Source: Mobula hypostoma | Taxonomy: Eukaryota | Reading direction: 5' to 3' | Assembly (NCBI RefSeq): GCF_963921235.1 | Contig: NC_086097.1 | Coordinates: 98,830,001-98,894,000, forward strand | Length of the DNA stretch: 64,000 nt | Part shown: piece after piece, positions 52,567-64,000 of the stretch | Layout: each line of letters starts with the position of its first letter | Position numbering within the stretch: the first letter of the stretch is position 1 | Position numbers and translations under genes: made by a program | Notes under the pieces: model-generated | Told to the model about the DNA's origin: nothing | Database searches by the model: none | Seen by the model: the letters and a program-made list of their open reading frames with translations, nothing else

Positions 52567-53288
52567 AAAATTTCGGCAGTAGTTAAACAAACTCACCACC
52601 TTTCGAACTCCCCTTATGTTGACTGGGCGGGGTATGGAGCTGATTGCCGAACGTCTGTCATCTGACATGTCCTTCCTCCCTTGGGAAATGGTGTAGCCCA
52701 GGTATTGTACGGTTCGTTTGCCCAGCTGAGCCTTGTGCAGACTGATTTTAAACCCCTCATCCTGCAGTACCTCTAAAATACTGGCTATCGCTCCTAAATG
52801 GCCTGCTTCATCTTCCGAAGCAATGAGTAGATCATCTACATATTGTAAGATGGTTGACCGGTAGGGCATTAAATGGAGCTTTTCCGAAGTCTGCGCCATG
52901 ACTTTATGAAAAATAGCTGGGCTATTGTGGAACCCCTGGGGGAGTCTTGTCCACGTATACTGCTGCCCACCCAGGGTGAAGGCAACTCGGTCTTGGGATT
53001 CAGGTGCTAAGGGGAGCCCCCAGAACCGATTAGCGATGTCCAGGACTGAAAAAAATTTATGTTCTGGAGACAGGCCATTCAGGATTGTCGCAGGGCTCAC
53101 CACGATGGGATTCAATCTGGGCGTGGTCTTATTAAGGGCGGTATAGTCTATTGTTAACCGATATGACCCGTCGGGTTTCTTTACTGGCCATATAGGTGAG
53201 TTAGTAGTGGCCGCTGTCTCTCTGAGTATCCCCTGGTGTTTTAGTTCCTTCACTATACCCGGAACAGCTGCCAGCGTGTCAGGTTTTA
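52567..53288 (-). pseudogene. pol: ERV reverse transcriptase core
   Basis: 233-aa ORF with LDIAN.F, LPQGFHNSP, QYVDDLLI, YLG and LFNYCRNF. Confidence 0.93.
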
Positions 53289-54401
53289 TCTATCTATGTA
53301 CTACTAAAACTCTCATGCTCTGTCTGTTTGTCTGTTTGTGACCTCCAGTTAGTGCAAATGGTGCATTACAGCTGCACTTTTTTTGGCTCAATCGAATTAA
53401 AATGTGTTAACTTACAGAATGCAGGCGAAGTTCAGGGTTATGTATTCGTATAAAATTGCTCATTCGCCAAAAATCCACAGGCTGGCTTTCACCTGAGACC
53501 CAGTCGGCCATCCTGGAAATCGGGACGCGACTGCCCAAAGCCTGCGTACGGCCAGCCTCAGCAGCGACACCTACCGGAGCAAAAGGGCAGGGCAGCTCTA
53601 TTTCGAGGGGTCACATTCTGCTAATCACCATTATTAGCATGTGCAGGATTGGGACAGAGCTAACTGCCACCCATCAATAAGAGGTAATTAAATCTTATTG
53701 TAATGACGTACTTCGAGACACCCATAAAACCCTTTGCTGCAGTCAAAAGACAGCGGTGACTATATCACGTCCACTTAGGAGAACGCCAACCACATCATCA
53801 AGAATAATCAGCATCCTGTGATGTTACTGCTTCGCATCTTCTATCCAGCATTAGGGTAAAAAAAAATGGTCAGCCTAATTATGCCGCGTGGAAAGGAAAG
53901 GGGAACATTATGGTCAAGAGATGACGCCAGACATTGTCGGGAAGTGGCAAGGAGAGGGAGAAAACAAGAATTGGATGAGGCCAGGGCTGCACGACTCCAG
54001 GATCAAAGAGTCAGGACAGAAAAAGATGAGAGAAGAAGAGACAGAGGAGGAGAGGCATGCACGTCTCCAGGATCAGAGACAAACAACAAACAGCAAACAG
54101 CAGAAGAGATGAAGAGATGGGGGATGAAAGGACTGCACGTCTCCAGAATGACAACGAGAGGCACGAGGGTGGCAGATAAACCAGAAATGATACCATCAAA
54201 AGTGTCCTTCATTAAACAAGGAGGAGCTATATTTGCTTTGCTACGCATCGTTCTTCTTCAATAAACTGAGGTTTTCTACTTCAATTTCCAAAGCAAAGCA
54301 ATATCAATAGCATTCAGGAAAATTTAATGTTCATTCTGGTCACATCAGACTGCACTACCCTTCACTCAAAGGGTGCCCCAACGGGTCACCCCGTTGTCTA
54401 G
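53289..54401 (+). mobile_element. Non-autonomous Helitron inserted in ERV pol
   Basis: 5' TC, 3' hairpin CAACGGG..CCCGTTG then CTAG, inserted between A and T with no TSD. Removal restores QYPIKPD. Internal E.EEERHARLQDQR repeats resemble Rep/Hel N-termini. Confidence 0.88.
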
Positions 54402-56121
54402 TAGGATACTGCTTTTTATGCAGGTCCCCATCTATTTTAACTGGGTCTGTCTTTACCTGCCCACAATCTTGCTTGTGTGTAGCCCACACAGCTGGGAACA
54501 GCTGACAAAGTAAACCATAGACACCATCCTGGCTCCAGTCTCTAATGATCGGGACAGCTGCGCTTATGCTAGCCAGGTTATGTATTCTGTTGGTTGTGCG
54601 CGTTCGCTGCCCCTGACTCATCCATATTATTTCTCCCTTTCCAGAATCTATAACAGCTCCTGCTTCCCGTAGGATGTCTATTCTAAGGATTGTGCCCTCA
54701 TTATTTGGACATACCCAGAAATACACTGGAAGCTGCACTCCCCCGATTTCTAGTATTTGCGACTCGCTTCTTTCTGCTTTTAACGTTTTTTCCTCCTGCT
54801 CCTGTAATATAAACAACCTGTTCGGTTGTTGGCAAGGGTAAGTATGTTATTGATACTGATGCCTTTGTGTCCACTAACATATTGCATTGCCGGCCCCCTA
54901 ACAATGCTGTTCTGTACATCTGCGGGTCACCAGCGCTGGCAGTGGGGGCCGCCACCACATCTTTTCCTGACCTAGGAGCCGTCTTTACTAGTTCTGAGAT
55001 CTGATCAGCAGTCAGATTGGACAGACTGGGTGCTGATGGGGTGAGTGACTGGGAGTCTGCCAGCTCCTTCACCTGGGTTTTCCCCCTCCCTTTTGGACAC
55101 AGTCTCCAGCCATGTCCCGATAGGCCACAGCTGTAGCATATCAACTCCTTCACTGTCTTAAACCTGGTCCGGCAGTCCTTTGCTAGGTGCCCTGGCTGCT
55201 GGCAAGCAAAACAAGCTCTCCAGGACATCACAGCAGCTGAATCCACTATACCCATTTTACAATTTCTCTTGCCTTTTCTTTGGTTTATCTCACTGGCCCA
55301 CAAAACTATCACAGAGTAGTTGGACCCCACCATTATGCCTAAATCTAAAACTTCCTGGTGGCTGAGCTCAGGCCTTCCTTCAGCATTTTCAGGAAGACTG
55401 GGTCATCCCTCCCTGGGTTATCCAACCTGGAATACTCCTCGTAAACTCGGTATTTACATTTTGCATAATCCATGGCTGTCTCGTCAGCTTTTTGAATCAC
55501 TGCTATTATCGTTCCCCAGCTACTCTCGCCTCCCCCCAGGCGCTGCCTCATTTCCCCTTTAAAAGAGCGATATCTTTCTTCATTACTGGCGCTCCCGGTA
55601 GTTGTCCATGTACCATCCCGCACCCCCTGGGCCATCCTGTCCCACATATTCCTCGGGCACTGGGCTTTCACTAACACGTGTATGTCTTTAGGGTGCATCT
55701 GGTGAATTTCAACCATTTCCTCGAGCTTGCACCAGAATTCTGAATTCCCACAGGCGACTTTAAGTGAGGGCAACTTGGACAAAATGCTCTGTTTCTCCCC
55801 TGGGGTGAAGGGCTTATGAATAGTCGTAATCAAGGTCAAGGGCTGGCTCGGATCATCAGGGTTCTCAACCTGACTTTGCCTGACCTCAATAGGTGCCATC
55901 CTGGCAGACCTATCTGGGTAAAACCTCTCCCTGAGGTATTCCCACACTACGCAAAATATAAAAGACAGGTACCAGTCCAACAGCACATAGTTAAGATCAC
56001 AAAGTATGTATTCCACAATCTGCCACTTTTGGGTACCTGAACTCATGATGCCTGCTGTATTCCTTTGCATCACACTGGCAAACGCATACACTAAAATGCA
56101 GCTCCCCGAACAAGTATACAC
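54402..56121 (-). pseudogene. gag: ERV gag-pro remnant (frameshifted)
   Basis: ORFs 55345-56121, 54701-55333 and 54355-54816: capsid-like region, two CCHC knuckles, protease LVDT and GTILRIDIL. Confidence 0.85.
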
Positions 56122-56397
56122 GCCTTACTCTGGCGTCTTGAACCGTACCGTCGGTTACCACCTATCGCAACTGGTGGCTCCGTCTCACCAAGTTAACGTG
56201 CAAAGTTTCCTCACTTACATAAACACACATGCACACGCACACACTATTATATCTACCAGTTCAGCTCTCCGCGTTGGTGATATCTCATGTTCCCGTGTGC
56301 CACCGACCGAACAGATCCAAGTGTGAGTGTTATTTTAGAAAAATACTCACCAACTTAGACTGCTAAGATCGCTGGCCACACAGTGGATCACGAAGGT

Positions 56398-56415
56398 ATC
56401 CCACTCCTCACACCA
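56398..56415 (-). promoter_or_regulatory. Primer-binding site, tRNA-Leu(CAG) type
   Basis: Minus strand TGGTGTGAGGAGTGGGAT matches 17/18 to the complement of the recalled vertebrate tRNA-Leu(CAG) 3' end ATCCCACTCCTGACACCA. Confidence 0.85.
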
Positions 56416-56417
56416 AA

Positions 56418-58460
56418 TGTTGTAGTGTGGATGAAATCACCGGAGAGACAGAGTTTCTGGTAGACACAAAGCAGCTTCTTTATTCGACACAACAAGGTAC
56501 AGCAGGCATCATACGGATGGAGACGTTTTCGGTAGAAAGGTCTCCTAGCCCAATGTGGGCTCGATATTTATTTGCTAAACACAAAGGGCAATCTCTATTT
56601 ACAAAGTACAGGTGTCCCCTGCTTTTCGATCGTTCGCTTTACGAAACCTCACTGTTACGAAAGACCTACATTAGTACCCTGTTTTCGCTTTCAGAAGGTG
56701 TTTTCACTTTTACCAAAAAAAGTGCGCGGGGAAAAGCAGCGCGCGATAAAAGGCAGCGTGCGCCCCGAGCAGCCGCTCTCCCTGGATTCGGAACTGCATT
56801 CTCGCCGGCATTGCTTAAACACGTGCCTGTGAGCAGTTGTTTGCAAGATGAGTTCTAAGGTATTGGAAAAGCCTAAAAGAGCTCGTAAGAGTGTTACACT
56901 TAGTGTAAAACTAGACATAATTAAGTATTTTGATCGTGGTGAACGAAGTAAGGACAAAGTGAGTTTGGCTTGTGGAAGCTGACGAAGATGATGTTGAAGA
57001 TTTTTTGGCATCCCATGACCAAGATCTGATAGATGAAGAGCTGATGCAATTGGAAGAGGAAAGGATAACAATTGAAACTGAATACAGTAGCGAACGGACC
57101 GAAAGTGAAGTCGTCCAGGAACTGAACATGAAGCAACTGCGTGAGATTTTCGCTGCAATGATAAAGTACGACTTTAATTTTGAAAGGGTACGTAGGTTTA
57201 GGGGATATTTGCAGGATGGTTTGAGTCCTTACAAAGAACTGTATGATAGAAAAATGCGCGAGGCTCAGCAGTCAAGCAAGCCTTCCACATCAGCCACAGC
57301 AGACAATGATCCTCGACCTTCGACATAGAGGCAGGCAGTCATAGGAGAAGATGAGCTGCCTACTCTAATAGAAACAGATGACACCCCAGTGTCCCACCAC
57401 CCCAACCCCCAGGCCATAGACAAATACTGATTCACAGAGAATGCAGCGGTAGCCGGGAGGCACACAGCACATCTTTAAGAAAAAAGCCGAAATAAACATG
57501 CTAATTAATTAGGTGCCGCCCAACACGTAATTAATTAGCATGTTTATTTCAGCTTTTTTCTTAAAGATGTGCTATGTGCCTCCCAGCTACCGCACCACCC
57601 AACCTGCGACGACACAGTCTAACACACCATCATCAGTGTTCTCTGCGCTGTCTTCCCAATTCCGGTAAGTGATACTACACTGTACGTACATTATTTCTAC
57701 TTTATATAGGCTGTGTATTTTTACGTGTTATTTGGTATGATTTGGCAGCTTCATAGCTTAAAGGTTACTGGAGAGCGCTTGCGCCGTGTTTTTGCCAACA
57801 GCGCTTGCGTGAGATTTTCTGCCGACGGTGCTTGCGCAAGATTTTCGCTACGGAGAACAGTTCAGTAATGATTGTGGAAAAGTATTTCTACTTTATATAG
57901 GCTGTGTATTTATCATATCATTCCTGCTTTTACTATATGTTACTGCTATTTTAGGTTTTATGTATTTGGCATGATTTGGTAGGTTATTTTTGGGTCTGCG
58001 AACGCTCACAAATTTTTCCCATATAAGTAGCAATTGCTTCTTCGCTTTATGACATTTTGGCTTACGAGCCGTTTCATAAGAACGCTGTACCTTCGGATGG
58101 GGGGCAGGGGGGATACCTGTATAGACAATACTTTCTTTTGAAGCTACATACAAAACATCACACCTTCTGACTTCATCCTTTCCTCCTGACGCCAACATGT
58201 CTGGGTTGGTACTCACAGCCTTTAGGAATGCAAGTTAAATCCACAATACATTTATTTGGTATTTTACGTGCTAAAATAGAGGACAATTCATATTTATAAA
58301 GTATAGATAAGGCTGTCTTCGAAACTACCTGTAAACTTCACACTTCCATCCGCAGCGTCTGGGCTAGTATTCCGGTATTCACAGCTTTTAGGAACAGCAT
58401 TGTTACAAATGAACTGGGTTCACAGCTTTTAGGAAATGCATTGTTGTGAACTCAATCCAC
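56418..58460 (-). repeat. 5' LTR of the ERV (~530 bp after removing the Tigger insertion)
   Basis: On the minus strand it begins TGTGGA at 58460 and ends CAACA at 56418, 2 nt before the PBS. AATAAA lies at ~56479-56484 on the minus strand. The distal boundary is less certain because there is no second LTR to compare. Confidence 0.7.
56609..58119 (+). mobile_element. Tigger/pogo-like DNA transposon deletion derivative inside the ERV LTR
   Basis: TIRs CAGGTGTCCCC ... GGGGATACCTG and TA TSDs at 56607-8 and 58120-1. Transposase N- and C-terminal remnants (DVEDFLASHDQDLIDEELMQLEE..PYKELY). Confidence 0.9.
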
Positions 58461-58849
58461 AGTACTTTCTCAAACAGAAGACTGGTGGCCAGAGTCACTT
58501 AAGTGTAAATGAATCATCTACCCAAAAACTCACTCTAACACCTCCCTCCCCATTCCCCCCCTCGCACCTCCCTCTCCTTCAGCCCCTCCCCCCTCCCCCT
58601 TGCCCCTTCCTCCTCTCTCCCTCCCCTACCCCCAGTCCCCTTCTCCCTGAGGAACAGATGAGGCAAATCAGTGGTGAAACCATTGGTTTCTGGATTTTCA
58701 GAGGCTTTTGATAAGTTGTTGTTGAAAGGTATCGAAGAAGATAGAGCATGTGGAATTGGGGATAATATATGAATGTGATTTGGGATTTGGTAAATTGGTT
58801 TATTATTGTCACATGTATTGAGATACAGTGAAAAAGTTTGTTTTTAAGA

Positions 58850-61690
58850 CCAGTGGTGCAGAATTAGGCTATTTGGCCTGTTGATTCTGCTCTGTCATTT
58901 CATCATGGCTGATCGAATTTTCTCTCTCAGATCCAGTCTTCTGCCTTCTCCCTATATCCCTTCATGTCCTGACCAGTCAAGAATCTTTCAACTTCTGCCC
59001 TAAATATAGATTAGATTAGATTATGAGGACACTCAGTCCTCGTTTATTGCCATTCAGAAATGCATGCATTAAAAAATGATACAACGTTCCTCCAGAATGA
59101 TATCACAAGAAAAACACAGGACAAACCAAGACTAAAACTGACAGAACCACATAATTATAACATATAGTTACAACAGTGCAAAGCAATACCATAATTTGAT
59201 AAAGAGCAGACCATGGGTACGGTAAAAAGAAGTCTCAAAGTCCCGATAGACTCATCATCTCACGCAGGCGGCAGAAGGCAGAAACTCCCTGCCATGAAGT
59301 GCCGCCAACTTGCTGATGCAGCACCATTGGAAGCACCCGACTGCAGCGGACTCTGAGGTCCGTCTGAAAACTTTGAGCCTCCGACCAGACCTCCGACACC
59401 GAGCACCATCTCTGCCGAGCGCTTCCACCCCGCCCCGGCTGCCAAACAACAAGCAAAGCTGAGGACTTGGGGCCTTCCCCTCCGGAGATTCTGGACCACA
59501 CAGTAGCAGCAGCAGCGAAGCAGGCATTTCAGAAGTTTCACCAGATGTTCCTCCGTGCTCACATGTCTGTCTCCATCAAATCAGGATTTCGCACGGCACC
59601 CTACTTGACAAATAACAGACATCACCACTGGAGTGGCCACTGCGAGCTGCGTCGCGCCGCCATCTTCTCCTTAAATATACATAATGATTTTGCCTCCACA
59701 GCCTCATGTGGCAAGGAATTGCATAGATACACCACTCTCTGGCTAAAGAAATTCCTCTTCATCTCAGTTGTAAAAGGACACCCCTCTATTCTGAGGCTGT
59801 GTCCTCTGGTCTTAGACTCTCCCACCACAGGAAACATTCTCTCCTCATCCACTCTATTAAGGCATTTCACTATTCAATAGGTTTCAATGAGGTCACCTTT
59901 CATTCTTCTGAATTCCACTGAATACAGGCCCAGAGCCATCAAACACTCTATATGACAAGCCATTCAATCCCAGAATAATTTTTGTGAATCTCCTTTGAAC
60001 CCTCTCCAGTTTCAGCACATCATTTCTAAGTTAAGGGCCCCAAACTGATCACAATATTCCAAGTGAGGCCTCATCAGTGCCTTATAAGGTCTCAACATTT
60101 TATCCTTGCTTTTATATTCAGGTCCTCTTCAAATGATTGCTAAGTTCGCATTTGCCTTCCTCACCACAGATTCAACCTGCAAATTAACCTTTAGGGAGTC
60201 CTGCACAAGGATTGCGCCTCCGATTTTGTTTTCTCTCCATTTAGTAAATAGTCAACCATTTCATTTCTTCTACCAAAGTACATGACCGTACACTTCCCGA
60301 CACTGTATTCCATCTGCCACTTATTTGCCCAGTCTCCTATTCAATCTAAGTCCTTCTGTAACTTCTCTGCTTCCGCAAAACTACCTGCCCCACCACCTAA
60401 CTTCATATCATCTACAAACTTTGAATCAAAGCTATTAATTCAATCATCCAAGTTATTGACATAATGTAAAAAGAATCGGTCCCAATGCAGACCACTCTGG
60501 AACACCACTAGTCACCAGCGACCAGCCACAAAAGACTTCCTTTATTTCCACTCTTTGCCTCCTGCCAATCAGTCACTGTTTTATCTGTGCTAGAATCTTT
60601 CCTGTAAAACCATGGGCTTGTAGTCTTATAAACAGCCTCATGTAGCACCTTGTCAAAGGCCTTCTGAAAATCCAAGTACACAATATCATCTGATACTCCT
60701 TTGTCTATCCTGCTTGTTATTTCTTCAAAGAATTCAAACAGATTTGGCAGGCATGATTTTCTCTTGAGGAAACCATGCTGACTATGGCGTATTTTATCAT
60801 GTGCACCCAAGTATCTTGAGACCTCATCCTTAATAGTCAACTCCGACATCTTTCCAACCACTGATGTCAGACTAATTGGCCTATTGTTTCCTTTTTTCTG
60901 TCTCTCACCTTCTTGAAGAGTGGAGTGATATTTGCAATTTTCTAGTCTTCCGGAACCATTGGGAATCTACTGATTCTTGAAAGATCATTACTAATGCCTC
61001 CACAGTCTCTTCAGCCACCTCTGTCAGAACTCCGGGGTGTACACCATCTGGTCCAGGTGACTTGTATACCTTCAAATCTTCCAGTTACTCAAGAACCTTC
61101 TCTCTAGAAACAGTAACTTCACAACTTCATGCCGTCTTACACCAGTAACTTCCTCCATACTGCTAGTAACTTCCATGGTGAAGATTGATGCAAGATAATT
61201 ATTGAGTTTGTCTGCCATTTCCTTGTCCCCCATTACTACCTCCTCAGCATCATTTTCCTGCTGTCTGATATCCACTCTCGCATCTCTTTTACACTTCATG
61301 AATCTGAAGAAACTTTTGGTATCCTCTTTAATATTACTAGCTAGCTTACTTTTCTATTCCATCTTTATCACCTTAATTAATTTTTAGTTGCCTTCTGTTA
61401 CTTTATAAAAACTTCCCCAGCCTCTATCTTCCCATTAATTTTTGCTCTATTATATGCCCACTTTTTATGTTGGCTTTGACTTCTCTTGTTAGCCACGGTT
61501 GTGTCATCTTTCCTTTCAAATACTTTCTCCTCTTTGGGATGCATATGTCTTGTGCCTTCTCAATTGCTTCTGGAAGTTCCAACTGTTGCTGCTCTGGCAT
61601 CATCCCTTCCAGTGTTCTTTTCCAATCAGTTCTGTCCAGTGCCTTGCTCATGCCTCTGTAGTTTCCTTTACTCCACTGTAATATTGATAC
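58850..61690 (-). mobile_element. Degraded CR1 LINE
   Basis: SQHGF.KSCL.NL, DFQKAFDKV and PWLTREVK remnants, plus a CR1 3' UTR near 58860. Confidence 0.92.
59009..59671 (-). mobile_element. Same element, copy 2
   Basis: Head GGAGAAGATGGCGGCG, (TAATC)n tail, TSD TAAATATA (59001-59008, 59672-59679). Confidence 0.88.
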
Positions 61691-62571
61691 TGTTACGTAC
61701 CCCGTAACTGGGTTGCCAAACCAGCAGAAATGGATCACTCAGTTGGAGTCTGGAGTACTAGAACTAAGAAAGTTTTATTAAAGAAACAAGCAACACAGTA
61801 ATTGAAAGGATAATAAATGCAACAGTTCAGTGATGATAAACACACATGTGCACAGCATTAAGAGAACAGCATCAATCAAGCTCTATCGTTGTCTAGGGGT
61901 AAATGACCAATTTCAAAATGACTCAAAGTTCAGTCCAGTTAGTAGTTCAGTTCGCAGTAATCGTTGCCATGGCGGTGGACAACGTGGGGGAAGAGAGAGA
62001 TAGAATAGGAACAACTGATCATTCAGAGCACTGCTTCACTCACAGACCAGCAAGATGGCTCACAGACCAGCGAGATGGCTCACAAACAGCTTTTGGGCGG
62101 GTCCTTGGTGATGTCACCTGAGGTCACCGACTGTGACCCCTCCTCCAGATGCAGTCGATCCTCTGCAGTGAACCCGGCACCCAGGCAAGGGCGGACACAC
62201 ACCGGGTTCCCGCTGATCGTACCTTTCCACCCTTGTCGTTGTCTGGCACTTCTCACCCACTCGTGAGAGGCGCACCACTTCCAGGGTCTTGTTACCTCGG
62301 GTGGCGTGTGTCCCTGTCTTAGTGAACCTGTCCCTTTTTATCCCCCTGCTGGGGTATCGCCTGTCCATCACTTCAAACAGTTCAGGGTTCAAAGGGGGGA
62401 GCCGCTCCAGACAGCTCTCTCTCCCACATCCCTTCATTACACATCTCCAGACGCTGCTCCATTGTTCCTTATCTCTCCTTCCCCTGAGGGCAGGTAGCAG
62501 ACCAACTGCTGATGCCACTGATGCTAGCCCAGGCCAGCAAACATCTTAATTTTATGTGTATTCTCGTAACA
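61691..62571 (-). mobile_element. Solo LTR (gypsy-like), 881 bp
   Basis: TGTTAC...GTAACA termini, 4-bp TSD ATAC (61687-90, 62572-75), AATAAA on the minus strand at ~61775. Confidence 0.88.
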
Positions 62572-62574
62572 ATA

Positions 62575-64000
62575 CAATGCCTCTAAAAAGTATTCGCCCC
62601 CACCTGGAAGTATTTATGTTTTATTGTTTTACAACATTGAATCACAGTGGATTTAATCTGGCTTTTTTTTTGACTCTGGTCAACAGAAAAAGAGTCCTTT
62701 GAGTTAATAAAAACTTATTACTACAAAGTGATCTAAATTAATTTCCAAATATAAAACATGAAATAATTGCATATGTATATACCCGCGACTAGGCGGTATT
62801 TAGTAGATGAACCTTTGGCAGCAATTACAGCCTTGAGTCTGTGTGGATAGATCACTATCAGCTTTGCAAGTCTGTGCACTGCAATTTTTTCCCATTCTTT
62901 ACAAAACTGCTCAAGCCCTGTCAGATTGCATGAGGGTTGTGAGTGAACAGCCCTTTTCAAGTCCAGCCACAAATTCTCAATTGGATTGAGGTCTGGACTC
63001 TGACTTGGCCATTCCTGTGTAGCTTTGGCTTTATGCTTGGGGTCGTTGTCTTGCTGGAAAACAAATCTTCTCCCAAGTCACAGTTCTCTAGCAGACTTCA
63101 CCAGGTTTTCCTCCATGATTTCCCTGTATTTTGCTGCATTCATTTTGCCCTCTACCTTCACAAGCCTTCCAGGGCCTGCTGCAGTGAAGCATCCCCACAG
63201 CCTTGCAGTGATCCCCTGCAGTGATGCAGTCACCACCATGCTTCATGGTAGGGATGGTGTGTTTTTCATGACGTGCAGTGTTTGGCTTATGCCAGATATG
63301 GTGTTTAGTCATAAGCCAAAAAGCTCAATTTTGGTTTCATCAGACCAAAGAACCTTCTTCCAGCTGACTTCAGAGTCTCCCACATGCCTTCTGGCAAACT
63401 AACTGATATTTCTTGTGAGATTTTTTTTCAACAGTGGCTTTCTTTTTGCCACTCTCCCATAAAGCTGCAACTGGTGAAGCACCTGGGCAACAGCTGTTGT
63501 CTGCACAGTCTCCCCCATCTCAGCCACTGAGGCTTGTAACTCCTCCAAAGTTGTCATAGATCTCTTGGTGGCCTCCCTTGCTGGTCCCCTTCTTGCACAG
63601 TCACTCAGTTTTGAGGACAGCTCTATTTCTTGATGATTGACTGAACTGTACTCCAAGGGATATTTAGTGACCTAGAGATTTTCTTGTAGCCATCTCCTGA
63701 CGTGCTTTTCAATAACCTTTTTGCAGAGTTGCTTGGAGTGTTCTTTTGTCTTCATGGTGTAGTTTTTGCCAGGATATTGACTCACCAGCAGTTGGACCTT
63801 CCAGATACAGGTGTATTTTACTACAATCAATTGAAACACCTTGGCTGGACACGGTGATCTCCATTTAACTAATTATATGACTTCTCAAACCATTTGGCTG
63901 CACCAGTGATGATTTGGTGTGTCATATTAAAGGGGCTGAATACTTATGCAGTCAATTATTTTGTGTTTATATTTGTATATTAATTTAGATCACTTTGTAG
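62575..64000 (-). mobile_element. Degraded Tc1 transposon with long (~200 bp) inverted repeats, cut by the window end
   Basis: TA|CAATGCC..AAAAGTATT terminus; 62720-62785 is inverted at 63930-64000. Transposase remnants GRVAKRKPLL, WSDETK, PTMKHGG, SPDLNPIENLW. Confidence 0.92.

Larger units (their letters stand above)
48158..58460 (-). mobile_element. Degraded endogenous retrovirus (5' LTR-PBS-gag-pro-pol), 3'-truncated, with three nested insertions
   Basis: Gag knuckles CFACQQPGHLAKDC and CYSCGLSGHGWRLC. PR LVDT(K)AS. RT NSPIWPVKKPDG, LPQGFHNSP, YVDD. Tether RRPVAYYS. RNase H SAQVAELVAL and VKAHQ..GNEWADVAAK. IN HHCC, SDQGAHF, YHPQSSGMAERMN. Confidence 0.92.

Overview
Repeat-dense vertebrate genomic DNA. 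The repeat repertoire (CR1, Rex1/Babar, RTE, fish-type L1, V-SINE-like SINEs, Tc1, Tigger, Helitron) points to a cartilaginous fish, probably a ray (inference). I reconstructed two host genes by hand. CCDC32 is complete on the minus strand: a putative non-coding exon 1 near 44960, coding exons 40600-40852, 23360-23516 and 22542-22686, 184 aa. A PCMT1-like (protein-L-isoaspartate O-methyltransferase) gene starts on the plus strand, with a 55-nt coding exon at 46875-46929; the rest apparently lies beyond the window. The two genes are head-to-head, with putative first-exon splice donors only 80 bp apart, beside a ~3 kb G/A tract. The PCMT-like intron holds a degraded endogenous retrovirus (5' LTR, tRNA-Leu PBS, two-knuckle Gag, PR, YVDD RT, tether, RNase H, IN; no env or 3' LTR seen). 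It is interrupted by an L1, a Helitron and a Tigger with resolvable junctions. CCDC32 intron 2 holds a full-length L1 nested in an old CR1 and split by a young CR1, plus a candidate poison exon. All homology calls are from recalled motifs, not database searches. Repeat boundaries without a stated TSD are approximate.
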